A stretch of DNA of 64,000 nucleotides from contig CP147778.1 of NCBI GenBank assembly GCA_037305845.1, positions 1,728,001 to 1,792,000 of the forward strand, given 5' to 3'. Numbering within the stretch: the stretch's first letter is position 1; the number at the start of each line of letters is the position of its first letter. The notes beneath the pieces were generated by a model. The model was not told the DNA's origin and did no database searches. It saw nothing but the letters and a program-made list of their open reading frames with translations. Source of the DNA: Candidatus Freyarchaeum deiterrae. Its GTDB lineage: Archaea; Asgardarchaeota; Jordiarchaeia; Jordiarchaeales; Jordiarchaeaceae. This document shows, one piece after another, positions 49,508-59,126 of this stretch. Position numbers and translations under genes: made by a program.

Positions 49508-50020
49508 ATGATCTCAGAAATTATTTTTAACGAACTTATTCGCTTCGGTGTTGATTTCGTTGTCTCGGTACCCAGTAATCTTTTTAAAAATCTCTTAATT
49601 ATGCTAGAAAAGGCGCCAGAAATACTACACGTGCCCGTAACCCGAGAAGAGGAGGGTGTAGGAGTAGCTGCTGGAGCATATCTAGGGGGCAAAACACCCG
49701 CTCTAATCATACAAAACAGTGGGCTAGGTAACTCAATTAATGCTCTTGCATCTCTCAACAAGGTTTTCAAAATTCCACTTCTTATTCTAGTAGCTCAGAG
49801 AGGAGGCAAGGCAGAGACGATTCCCGCACAGATACCTATGGGAGAAGCTACCCCCCGACTGCTGGACGCTATAGATATTCCACACTACACACCCAAAAGC
49901 GTAGAGCAGATCCCTAAAGCTTTTCAAAGAGCAAAAAAATCATTTCAAACACATGAGATTCCGGTAGCAGTATTAATTGAAATGGAATTGATGAAGGATG
50001 AAGAGAATAGAAGCTATTAA
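49508..50020 (+). CDS. comD: sulfopyruvate decarboxylase alpha subunit
   Basis: SVP, TREEEGVG..AGAYL.G, QNSGLGNSINAL.SL, Q.PMG. Confidence 0.88.
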   Translation: MISEIIFNELIRFGVDFVVSVPSNLFKNLLIMLEKAPEILHVPVTREEEGVGVAAGAYLGGKTPALIIQNSGLGNSINALASLNKVFKIPLLILVAQRGGKAETIPAQIPMGEATPRLLDAIDIPHYTPKSVEQIPKAFQRAKKSFQTHEIPVAVLIEMELMKDEENRSY

Positions 50021-50558
50021 AATTATAATTGATGAACTAGAAAATGAACTAGTAGTATGCAATCTCGGTTTTCCATCAAGAGAACTTTACAGCATTAAAG
50101 ATAGACCTGAAAACTTCTATATGCTAGGCTCTATGGGCTTGGCTTCCTCCATTGGGTTAGGTCTCAGCTTGTCTAATACAAAACATGTTGTAGTTATGGA
50201 CGGAGATGGATCAATTCTAATGAACCTAGGCTCTATGGCAACAATAGCCAATCATTCCCCCAAAAATCTGACAATAATCATATTTGATAACCAATCCTAC
50301 GGTTCAACAGGAGGACAACCGAGTTACACTGCAGGTAAAACAGATTTAGCAGCCATAGCAACTGGTGCAGGAATTGAAAAAGTTTTAATTGTTGCCTCTC
50401 CACAAAAACTTAGAACAGCTTACAAAAACTCCAAAAAAGAATTAACCGTAATAGTAACAAAAGTCGAAAAAGAAAATGCTGATGTACCAGTAATAGGAAT
50501 CTCTCCTGAGGAGATAAAAAACAGATTTCTAAATGCAGCTAAAAAATCGATAACGTAA
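49998..50558 (+). CDS. comE: sulfopyruvate decarboxylase beta subunit
   Basis: CNLGFPSRELY, FYMLGSMG, TPP motif DGDGS..MN...DN, YGSTGGQ. Confidence 0.9.
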   Translation: MKRIEAIKIIIDELENELVVCNLGFPSRELYSIKDRPENFYMLGSMGLASSIGLGLSLSNTKHVVVMDGDGSILMNLGSMATIANHSPKNLTIIIFDNQSYGSTGGQPSYTAGKTDLAAIATGAGIEKVLIVASPQKLRTAYKNSKKELTVIVTKVEKENADVPVIGISPEEIKNRFLNAAKKSIT

Positions 50559-50910
50559 AACGTTGAATACCCAGTAGAGAAAATTGAACAGAAAGATACG
50601 CGATAAATGTTGGAATGCGTATCCAACAAGATATTCCTAATCCTGTGCCGCAGACGTATATATTCGATATGAGTTCTCTCCTTACGGCCTGTTAAGGCCT
50701 CTCCGGGCCTGAAGCCATAGTTCAGCGTGTGATTCCGATACCCCCTATCAAAGGATAGATTATAAGCCAACTTTTGGAAGAAAAATCTCCAAAATACTAA
50801 ATTAAACTCCTTAGCAAAAACATTAATCCGATTATCCGTTTGAGAATAAGTAATATTAAAAAAGGGTGTCAACTAAAGTCAAAGAGTTCATCATAACATT
50901 AAAATGATGG

Positions 50911-51771
50911 GTGACAAGATTGACCAAGTACGTAGACCAAATTTTTAGACTATCCGAAGTTGAAAGAACAGAAAAACCCAGAAACGAGGGAATAACTGTA
51001 ATCATAGACACTGGACAAGGGTTAAACGCAACTAGAGATCTACTTGAATCCGCCTCAAACTACATTGACTATTGTAAGATGGGGTGGGCAACTTGGATAA
51101 TAATGCCTAAAAACATTATAAAAAAGAAACTAAAACTTTACCATGATCATAACATACAAACCTTGAGTGGAGGATCTGCATTTGAAGCTGCTGTACTCAC
51201 TGGGAAACTAGAAGAGTTTCTGGAAACCCTCCAGACCTTGGGATTCACAGCCATCGAAATCTCCACGGGTATCATCGATATTCCCCCTAAAGAAAAATCA
51301 AAACTAATAAAGAATACCAAAAAAATGGGATTTCGAACCATAATGACCGAAGTAGGTAGAAAAAATAAAGAGGAAGATGCCAAGCTCGAAATAGCTGATC
51401 GGATCCAACAAATTAAATCCGATCTAGAAGCGGGCGCCGACTTTGTAACCATTGAATCCCGGGAGAGTGGAATCGGAATAGGCCCCTATGACGAAGAAGG
51501 TAAAGTAAAAGAACCATTCGTAGAAAAAATAGCTAACCAAATAATCACCAAAAAAACAATTTGGGAGGCCCCCCTTAAATCCCAGCAAGTATGGCTCATC
51601 ACCCGATTCGGGCCGAATACCAATCTAGGAAACATAAAACCCACTGAAGTCATCCCTCTAGAAACAATCCGCCTGGGACTAAGAGGCGATACCATGACCA
51701 AATTCCTGGGCCGAAAGATAAGTGATAAATCCGCTAAAACAAGAAAAATAACCACAAAAACCAAACCATGA
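50911..51771 (+). CDS. comA: phosphosulfolactate synthase
   Basis: KPR..GIT..ID, YID..K.GW.T, EVG.K, ESRESG, WEAP.K.QQ, NLGNI, LE..R.GLRGDT. Confidence 0.93.
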   Translation: MTRLTKYVDQIFRLSEVERTEKPRNEGITVIIDTGQGLNATRDLLESASNYIDYCKMGWATWIIMPKNIIKKKLKLYHDHNIQTLSGGSAFEAAVLTGKLEEFLETLQTLGFTAIEISTGIIDIPPKEKSKLIKNTKKMGFRTIMTEVGRKNKEEDAKLEIADRIQQIKSDLEAGADFVTIESRESGIGIGPYDEEGKVKEPFVEKIANQIITKKTIWEAPLKSQQVWLITRFGPNTNLGNIKPTEVIPLETIRLGLRGDTMTKFLGRKISDKSAKTRKITTKTKP

Positions 51772-52454
51772 AAGACATTAAAATTAAAGTTAACCTAGCT
51801 TTCGGGGAACAGGGGGCTCTAAAAGCTAGCCAAAAAAACCACATTATAGTGTTAGTAGACACCTTAAGAGCCAGCACCACCATTACCACCGCACTGGATA
51901 ACGGCGCCAAAAAAATAATAACAACCACAACAGTGGAAGAAGCAAAAAAAATAGCCAAACTAATTAGAAAAAATATCATACTCGCAGGAGAACGGCATGG
52001 ATTCAAAATCAAAAATTTCCAACTAGGAAACAGCCCTCTCGAATTTACTCCTCAAAGAGTAAAAGGTAAAACCATAATACTCACTACGACGAACCTCACC
52101 CGAGTAGCGAATAGTACCCAAAACGCATCCAACGTTCTAATTGGCTGCCTCATAAACGCCAAATCAGTGGCCCAAAAAGCAGAAAAAACAGCTCGAAAAA
52201 AAGGGAATTCCATCACAATAATACACGTTGGACGGTTAGATCAACACGCTCCAGAAGACTACATCACAGCTCAAACAATAAAAAACTATATTCTAAACCA
52301 GCCCTTACCACAAAACACCGCACAAAAAATCTTCAAATCACCAAATGCTCAATACCTGATTCAAATAGGATATCAAAAAGACGTAGAATATTGCAGCCGG
52401 ATAAACACCACAACCACAGTACCAATTTACAAAAACCAATCCATTCAAAAATAG
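51768..52454 (+). CDS. comB: 2-phosphosulfolactate phosphatase
   Basis: VDTLRASTTI, GERHG, GNSP, TTTN, ED. Confidence 0.92.
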   Translation: MKDIKIKVNLAFGEQGALKASQKNHIIVLVDTLRASTTITTALDNGAKKIITTTTVEEAKKIAKLIRKNIILAGERHGFKIKNFQLGNSPLEFTPQRVKGKTIILTTTNLTRVANSTQNASNVLIGCLINAKSVAQKAEKTARKKGNSITIIHVGRLDQHAPEDYITAQTIKNYILNQPLPQNTAQKIFKSPNAQYLIQIGYQKDVEYCSRINTTTTVPIYKNQSIQK

Positions 52455-52554
52455 CAAAAACAAATTATTGAAATTTGCCAGAAAGTAGTTGAAACTCTAT
52501 TTACAAACTGTTAGAAAATTGCCACAATTCAATGAACATATATCTCAGCCATTT

Positions 52555-53256
52555 TCATTCTCGAATCCAGACAACTTTTCGAGCATCATCCTTTTTGCCC
52601 TTAAGATAAAAAACCCTCAAACCGTACTCCCACGCCAACTGCTGTAGAGCTACTGCACTAATGCGTGTACCATCAGTTACATCCATAATAATCTCTTTTC
52701 TTCCGATCTCTCTCTCAACAATATTCTTAGTCACTTCGTACATCCTCTTAAAATCGTACATAGCATACTCTGGAACCCAAATAATCTCCGCGTTATCTGG
52801 TTTACCCCCGACTCTGGTCCGCATCTCATTCTCCGCGATAAAAACATAAAGATCTGGATCAATCCCTGACTGTTCTCTTAAACGGCGCCCCACTTCCCTC
52901 ACCAACAATGGCTCACTATCTAAACTGCTCAAACACAAAACAGGTGCACTTACATTCAAGTATCTACGTACAGCTTGTACCATACTCGGAATAATCTCCG
53001 CATACTTACTCTTCCACTCCCGATACCGGTTTATAAGACCACTATTCTCTAAAGCCTGCAAATTAAAATACAGCTTGGCATCACTAATATTATCCACGCT
53101 CACTCCCAGCTCTTTCGCCAAAGCATCCCTAAGTTCATATCCTGTCTTAGGTCCCTCTAACAGCTCTTTCAAAATTATCCGGCGTGCTTCAACACCACCA
53201 ATAGCCCGCTCGACAATCATCAGTGAATCGCTCAAATTCAACACATCCAGCAACAA
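52555..53256 (-). CDS. PadR-like wHTH regulator with C-terminal CARF-like domain
   Basis: ILKELLEGPKTGYEL..LYFNLQALE..GLI (wHTH); IIMDVTDGTRISAVAL resembles the CARF D.TGG.K/R motif. Confidence 0.6.
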   Translation of the reverse strand: MLLDVLNLSDSLMIVERAIGGVEARRIILKELLEGPKTGYELRDALAKELGVSVDNISDAKLYFNLQALENSGLINRYREWKSKYAEIIPSMVQAVRRYLNVSAPVLCLSSLDSEPLLVREVGRRLREQSGIDPDLYVFIAENEMRTRVGGKPDNAEIIWVPEYAMYDFKRMYEVTKNIVEREIGRKEIIMDVTDGTRISAVALQQLAWEYGLRVFYLKGKKDDARKVVWIRE

Positions 53257-53814
53257 TCTATCCGTTAATAATTATATAATAACAGTTATTCTTCTAACCA
53301 CCAACTACTCAGAAATTAAACCAACCTACCAAATATAACAACACGGTTTTTCTAAATGATGGTATTATATGGAACATGTTTCAAATGGTATAGAAAACAA
53401 TAATTGTCAAGATAAATTGTCCCAAACAAAATAATAAATTTAACCCCAAAGAAACAGGGAGATTTAGAATATTTTGTTCTAAGCTTGAAATAAGGCGTTC
53501 ATAAAATCTATTTTTTCTTTTTTTAAAAATTCTAAAAATAGGGTACACCTTGAAAAATTTTAGAAAACAGGTCGCTTTCTCATACGGAGAACAATTTGGG
53601 AACATCAACTTTATGGATGATATCGATGATAAAGATTAGGTAAAAAAAACATTTAAAAGTCCTAAAATCAATAATATAATCAAACGAAAATTTAATTTTT
53701 GTAATTAATACAAAACACAACCAACAACAAAAAACCTACCAAAAAATATACAAACAAAAATAAATAATAAAAACAAAAAATTTATAAAAACAATTAAAAA
53801 ATGAGGTAAAAAAT

Positions 53815-54969
53815 ATGGCAATAGGACCACCCGAAGAAGAACTTGTTGCTGCAAAACCCCTTGTACTAGACAACGGAACAGGACTAACCAAAAACGGATA
53901 CGCTGGCGAAGACCAACCGAGATCAGTATGGCCAACCTGCATAGGATACCCAAAATACACATCAATCATGACCGACGTTGAACACTACACCCGAGAATAC
54001 TACATCGGAGAAGAAGCCCTAAACCTAAGAGGTGTACTAAGATTAGTATACCCCGTAGAACACGGAACCGTAAACGACTGGGACGCCATGGAAAAAATAT
54101 GGCACTACACTTTCTTTAACGACCTACGAGTTGACCCAGCCGAACACCCAGTATTACTCACAGAAGCACCATTAAACCCACGCAAAAACCGAGAAAAAAT
54201 GGCAGAAATCATGTACGAAACCTTCAACGTACCCGCAATGTACGTAGCCATGCAAGCAGTGCTCTCATTATACGCCTCCGGAAGAACCACTGGTCTCGTA
54301 ATAGACTCCGGTGACGGTGTAACCCACATTGTACCCATATACGAAGGATTCGCACTCACCCATGCCATCACAAGAATTGACCTAGCAGGGAGAGACCTTA
54401 CTGAGTACCTCCGTCGACTACTGAGACAGAGAGGATACTCACTAGTGTCAAGTGCAGAACGAGAAATAGTTCGTGACATAAAAGAAAAACTGTGCTACGT
54501 TGCACTAGACCCCGAAAAAGAACTAAAATTAGCGGAGAAAGTCGCGGGCATGGAGAAGACCTACATGCTACCCGACGGTGAAACCATCACAATATCCAGT
54601 GAAAGGTTCTTGGCGCCTGAAGTGTTCTTTAACCCAGGAGTAGTAGGTCTAGATGCTATGCCTCTTGACGAGGTAATAGTAGATTGCGTCAAGAAATGTG
54701 ACGTTGACCTACGTCGTGACCTTTACGGAAACATAGTCCTCAGCGGCGGCAGCACAATGTTCCCAGGACTAAAAGAACGACTCCACAAAGAAATCAGCGA
54801 ACTAGTACCCGAAAACATTGAAATCAAAATAATTGCACCCCCAGAACGAATGTACAGTGTCTGGATCGGCGGGTCAATTTTGTCTTCTTTGAAGACTTTC
54901 CAGAAGATGTGGGTCACTAGGAAGGAGTATCAGGAGCAAGGTTCTTCTGCTATTCACCGATGCTTCTAA
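53815..54969 (+). CDS. actin (Lokiactin-type, eukaryote-like)
   Basis: [96 protein letters not shown]-terminal HRCF. Confidence 0.97.
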   Translation: MAIGPPEEELVAAKPLVLDNGTGLTKNGYAGEDQPRSVWPTCIGYPKYTSIMTDVEHYTREYYIGEEALNLRGVLRLVYPVEHGTVNDWDAMEKIWHYTFFNDLRVDPAEHPVLLTEAPLNPRKNREKMAEIMYETFNVPAMYVAMQAVLSLYASGRTTGLVIDSGDGVTHIVPIYEGFALTHAITRIDLAGRDLTEYLRRLLRQRGYSLVSSAEREIVRDIKEKLCYVALDPEKELKLAEKVAGMEKTYMLPDGETITISSERFLAPEVFFNPGVVGLDAMPLDEVIVDCVKKCDVDLRRDLYGNIVLSGGSTMFPGLKERLHKEISELVPENIEIKIIAPPERMYSVWIGGSILSSLKTFQKMWVTRKEYQEQGSSAIHRCF

Positions 54970-55483
54970 AAAGCTTACACTTATTCTCCTTTCTCCTTTC
55001 TCCTTTTTTTCATTTTTTTTATCTTATCTGTTTTTAGGAGTAATTCAATATTTTTTGATTGGGTTATAGGGTTGTTATAAACCGTTAACATGTTCATGCA
55101 GATTTAAGCAGATGTGTCCTTTTTGCTGTGTTTTTATAATATGGGCATGTTGAAAGGTATGGTGGGTATTTTCCCCGTATCCTTTCTGATAATACGAAAT
55201 TTTAAATATTAATTGGAAGAGAAAAGTATGCACTTGGTTGCAAGGGAAAAGGGAGTTAATTTATTAAAAAATTATATGTGGCGTGCTAGTTTCGTATTTC
55301 TTTTCTCCTCCCCATTTTTCTTATCCGCCCTTCCCTCCCCCTCCTCCTCCCTTTTCCTTCTACTTTTAGTTTTCTTATTTTGAATTGATCATTTTTATAC
55401 TTTCTATTTAGTTTTCTAGTGGTTTTTTTGGTTTATAATCATTATAATTATTTTGATAAAAACAGTTTACGAGCTTTTGGGTG

Positions 55484-56674
55484 TTATTTCTTGATGAAGA
55501 GTTTCATGAATTGTTCTCCTTCCAAAAGGCCTAGTGAACCTCTTTTGGCTGATGATTCGTCGTATTTACTTACTTCGTCACCTTTTTCTTTGTTAGAGTA
55601 GATTGCTACAGGTACTGGGTCGTTACTGTGGGTTTTGATTTTTATTGGAGTGGGGTGGTCTGGTAGTATTGCAATCTTGTAATCGTTGCTTAGATTGCCT
55701 ATTTTGTTTAAGATTTTTCCTACGATTTTTTCGTCTATGTTTTCTATGGCTTTGATTTTGTTTTCAATGTCTCCCGCGTGGCTTGCCTCGTCTGGGGCTT
55801 CAACGTGAATGTAGACGAAGTCTCCGTCTTCTAGAGATTTTAGAGCACATTCTGCTTTTCCCGTATAGTTTGTTTCATAGTATCCAGTGGCTCCTGGGAC
55901 TTGTATGACTTTAAGTCCTATTAGCAAACCTATTCCTTTTATCAGATCTACCGCGGAAATTATAGCTCCTTTAACTCCAAACTTTTCCTCGAAACTCTGC
56001 AAATTGGGTTTTTTACCCTGCCCCCATGGCCATATAGAATTTGCAGGGGCTTTTCCATCTCGGATTCTCTTTATGTTAATTGGATGGTTCTTTAGAATTT
56101 CTTGGGACTTTCTTATAAGTTCTAACAGGATTTCGCTTCCCTTCCCTCTTGGAAGATAGGGGTCAATGATTTTATCAGTGATATCGTGTGGTGGGGTGCA
56201 TTCCGTTTTTTCGGTTCTGTTGTTTATTATCACTAAAATATGCCTATAACTTACTCCGTTGTAGAATTTAATCGAATGACTTGCCAGTTTTATATTCATG
56301 GTTTCGATAAGTTTCTTGGCTTCCTCGCTGCTTATGTGTCCAGCACTGTAATCCTCCATCCTTCCGTCTTTAAGTGTTATTAGATTACAACGGAAGGCAT
56401 TTTCGTTCTCCTCAAGTTTTATTCCTAGAGAAATTGCTTCTATGGGGCCCCTTCCTGTATAGTATTTTAGTGGGTCGTAACCTAAGACTGATAGGTTTGC
56501 TACATCAGACCCTGGTTGCATTTTGTCCGGCACTGTTCTTAATGTTCCGTTTCTCCCCTTTAGAGCAATAAAATCCATATTTGGCTTATTGGCGACCTGT
56601 AGGGGGGTTTTGCCATTTAGTTCTTCTAAAGGATAGTCTGCCATTCCGTCTCCAACAATTACAATGTACTTCAT
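55484..56674 (-). CDS. apgM: cofactor-independent phosphoglycerate mutase (ApgM)
   Basis: GDGMAD, KTPL, GSDVAN, GRGP.EA, HVEAPDEASH, DHPTP. Confidence 0.92.
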   Translation of the reverse strand: MKYIVIVGDGMADYPLEELNGKTPLQVANKPNMDFIALKGRNGTLRTVPDKMQPGSDVANLSVLGYDPLKYYTGRGPIEAISLGIKLEENENAFRCNLITLKDGRMEDYSAGHISSEEAKKLIETMNIKLASHSIKFYNGVSYRHILVIINNRTEKTECTPPHDITDKIIDPYLPRGKGSEILLELIRKSQEILKNHPINIKRIRDGKAPANSIWPWGQGKKPNLQSFEEKFGVKGAIISAVDLIKGIGLLIGLKVIQVPGATGYYETNYTGKAECALKSLEDGDFVYIHVEAPDEASHAGDIENKIKAIENIDEKIVGKILNKIGNLSNDYKIAILPDHPTPIKIKTHSNDPVPVAIYSNKEKGDEVSKYDESSAKRGSLGLLEGEQFMKLFIKK

Positions 56675-56918
56675 AGAGTGTGCACCAATATTCTAAATTT
56701 GTATTTCCACTTAGTTTAATAGAAAAATTTAAGCGGGCTTCGTTTCTGTTCACATTATTGTGAACTTTAGCACTAAGTTTATTTAAAATTGATTCAGAAT
56801 GTTCAACTAACTCCAAATATGTCCTCATGAAATTTTTCATTTCAAATAATTCCGAAAAATTAAACTAATCTTGTAAAAGAAATAGTTTAGATTCTTTTAT
56901 TTTCACATAGGAGGGATT

Positions 56919-57413
56919 TTGTTGCCTCTTCAAATTGGTGTTATTGGAAGTGACGGCGATATAGACGAAAAGGTAAGAATCTTGGCAGAGAATTTGGGTC
57001 GAATGATTGCTGTTCAAGGAATGATTCTTGTTTGTGGAGGGCACTCTGGAGTAATGGAAGCTGCAGCTAGTGGTGCAAAGGAGGAAGGTGGCACTACAGT
57101 TGGTATTATACCTGAGGTGGATAAAAGGGGAGCTAATCAATTTTGCGATATTGTGATTGCTACTGGTATCGGTAGGGCGAGAAATCTGGTGGTGGTAAAT
57201 TCGAGTGATGTGGTTGTTGCGATATCTGGAGGTTCTGGTACGCTCTCTGAGATTGCGTTAGCTCTTGCAGAGAACAAGATGGTTATTGTGTTAAAGGGAT
57301 CTGGGGGAGTGTCTGATTTGGTCGCAGGTAAAATGATAGGTAATTGCAAGGTTATAGAGGCAGAGTCTCCTGAAGAAGTGATCGAAATGATTTTGAATCA
57401 TGGAAAATTCTGA
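56919..57413 (+). CDS. LOG/TIGR00725 family protein
   Basis: CGG.SGVMEA, GIG.ARN, GGSGTLSE. Confidence 0.88.
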   Translation: MLPLQIGVIGSDGDIDEKVRILAENLGRMIAVQGMILVCGGHSGVMEAAASGAKEEGGTTVGIIPEVDKRGANQFCDIVIATGIGRARNLVVVNSSDVVVAISGGSGTLSEIALALAENKMVIVLKGSGGVSDLVAGKMIGNCKVIEAESPEEVIEMILNHGKF

Positions 57414-57429
57414 AATCTGTGATGTGTTT

Positions 57430-58140
57430 TTATCTGAATCCTCTTTGAATGAATATATTTGTTGTTAGCAGTCCTAGGCTAAATGCTAATACGAAAAGTA
57501 GTAAGGAAGCTAGAGCATAGATGGAAGGATGTTTTGTTTCCCCTATCTTTGCCGAGGAATACGATGCCATTATACTAACAATTCCAAGTGCGATTAACGT
57601 TGGCCAATAAACACCTATTTCGAAGCCAGTCATTGTTGTCGGTAGATACTGATACTGAAGAAAGTTTGATGATATGGAAAACAGTGGCGCTAGGGAACTG
57701 ATTAGCCCGAGAATAGCTGAGGTGGCTACTGAGAGTATCTTTATTTTGAATAATTGGGCATTGAGTTGATTTTTTCGCTCCTCTACTAACTGTTGATCTT
57801 CTCTTATCTCCCATATGGTTCTCTCAAGCATTCTTCCTGCTTCTTGGGAGTTTTTAGTTAAAGCCTTCTTAACTAACCATAAAATCCTTCTGACTTGTAT
57901 ACTATCACTTAACTCATCAAAGAAGTTCCAAGCCTCTTCTAGAGAAGATTTCCCTACACTAATCTCATTTACTATGGACATTAACTTTTGTTTTATGGGT
58001 CCCGAATAATTTATTGCAGCTATTCTCAAAGAGGTTTCAGGACTTTTTCCCTTCTTCAATTCTTCGCTAAGAAAAGTTAGAAAAGCCAAAATCTCTTGAA
58101 ATATATTTTCATTTTCAAGTTCCAAATTTATTACTTCCAC
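57430..58140 (-). CDS. T2SS F-family (TadB/TadC-like) membrane platform protein
   Basis: FL..EL..GKSPE, G.SLEEAW, C-terminal TM helices; in operon with the secretion ATPase. Confidence 0.7.
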   Translation of the reverse strand: MEVINLELENENIFQEILAFLTFLSEELKKGKSPETSLRIAAINYSGPIKQKLMSIVNEISVGKSSLEEAWNFFDELSDSIQVRRILWLVKKALTKNSQEAGRMLERTIWEIREDQQLVEERKNQLNAQLFKIKILSVATSAILGLISSLAPLFSISSNFLQYQYLPTTMTGFEIGVYWPTLIALGIVSIMASYSSAKIGETKHPSIYALASLLLFVLAFSLGLLTTNIFIQRGFR

Positions 58141-58214
58141 TTCTTTCTTTGCTAATATTTTATTTGTTCTTTTGCATTTAACTTCTAATTCTTATAGGGA
58201 ATTATCATGACTTC

Positions 58215-59126
58215 TTAGTCTTTGGAACTATTGTAAGCATGTTTTGGTTTGGATTTTTCTAACAAGTTAGTTTTGCTCTGTGTAGCGAATTTTTCGAGAA
58301 TTACTAGAATCATAATTTGTATAGGTATCAATATTAAAATCAGTGGATTGGCACCCATGCCTCTTAACAATAGTCCTAAAGATACGACTATAGGTATGAA
58401 AAAACCTATGCCCATGACAATTAGCAAGCGGCCTTCCAACTCTAACGTATGCTTTTGATATTCATTTCTAACTTCACGTTGTGCTATTTTTATTGTTCTA
58501 TCAACTAGATTTTCTGATATCTCCGAGGATTTTAGTATGGCAGGAATGTGTATTTTTAATGTTTCTGATGGTTGGTTTATGGCGAAATTTATCAGCAGTT
58601 TCTCTGGTTTTTCACCCGAGTTAACTTGATTTGCCAAACTCTTAAATTCTGTAGAAATAATGGGATAGTCCGCGTTTGCTACCAAGAGAATAAAATCAAA
58701 AATCGAACCTGTGGAAGATAATATAAAGAGTAGTTCTTCAAGAATGAAATCGGCGTACCTAGCTATTGTCCAACGGTTTTTATTATATTTTTTTGGTAAA
58801 TAAGTGATTGCAAAATTGCTTGCTAAAACAAACATTGCGATTGAGAGCATCGCGCCCACTAATATGTTAAACATGATACCAATAATTAAAGTTAAAAACG
58901 CTATAGTGAGACCAAAGCCTAACGATCCGGCGGCCACTTCCTCCGCTGTGATTTGTCCTTCTTTAAAGAAGTATTCTGTAGAAATTATTAATTCCCTAGA
59001 AATCATTCGTTTGCCAATTCTTCTCAGCGTTTTATTTTTTCCAAAGATTTTAGATATTCTTTCTATGAAACTTGATTCTTTAGCTTTTTTATTTCTTCTA
59101 TGATTATTTGTCTTACCTCTCTCCAA
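58215..59126 (-). CDS. T2SS F-family (TadB/TadC-like) membrane platform protein
   Basis: TM pair, YPIISTEF......SG..PE, C-terminal TM pair. Confidence 0.7.
   Translation of the reverse strand: MERGKTNNHRRNKKAKESSFIERISKIFGKNKTLRRIGKRMISRELIISTEYFFKEGQITAEEVAAGSLGFGLTIAFLTLIIGIMFNILVGAMLSIAMFVLASNFAITYLPKKYNKNRWTIARYADFILEELLFILSSTGSIFDFILLVANADYPIISTEFKSLANQVNSGEKPEKLLINFAINQPSETLKIHIPAILKSSEISENLVDRTIKIAQREVRNEYQKHTLELEGRLLIVMGIGFFIPIVVSLGLLLRGMGANPLILILIPIQIMILVILEKFATQSKTNLLEKSKPKHAYNSSKD

Noticed and set aside
35234-52454. Methanogenesis inferred from mtrA/mtrH and com genes
   Set aside because: No mcr or membrane mtr subunits are in the window, and MtrAH is soluble and tied to the TS-fold gene.
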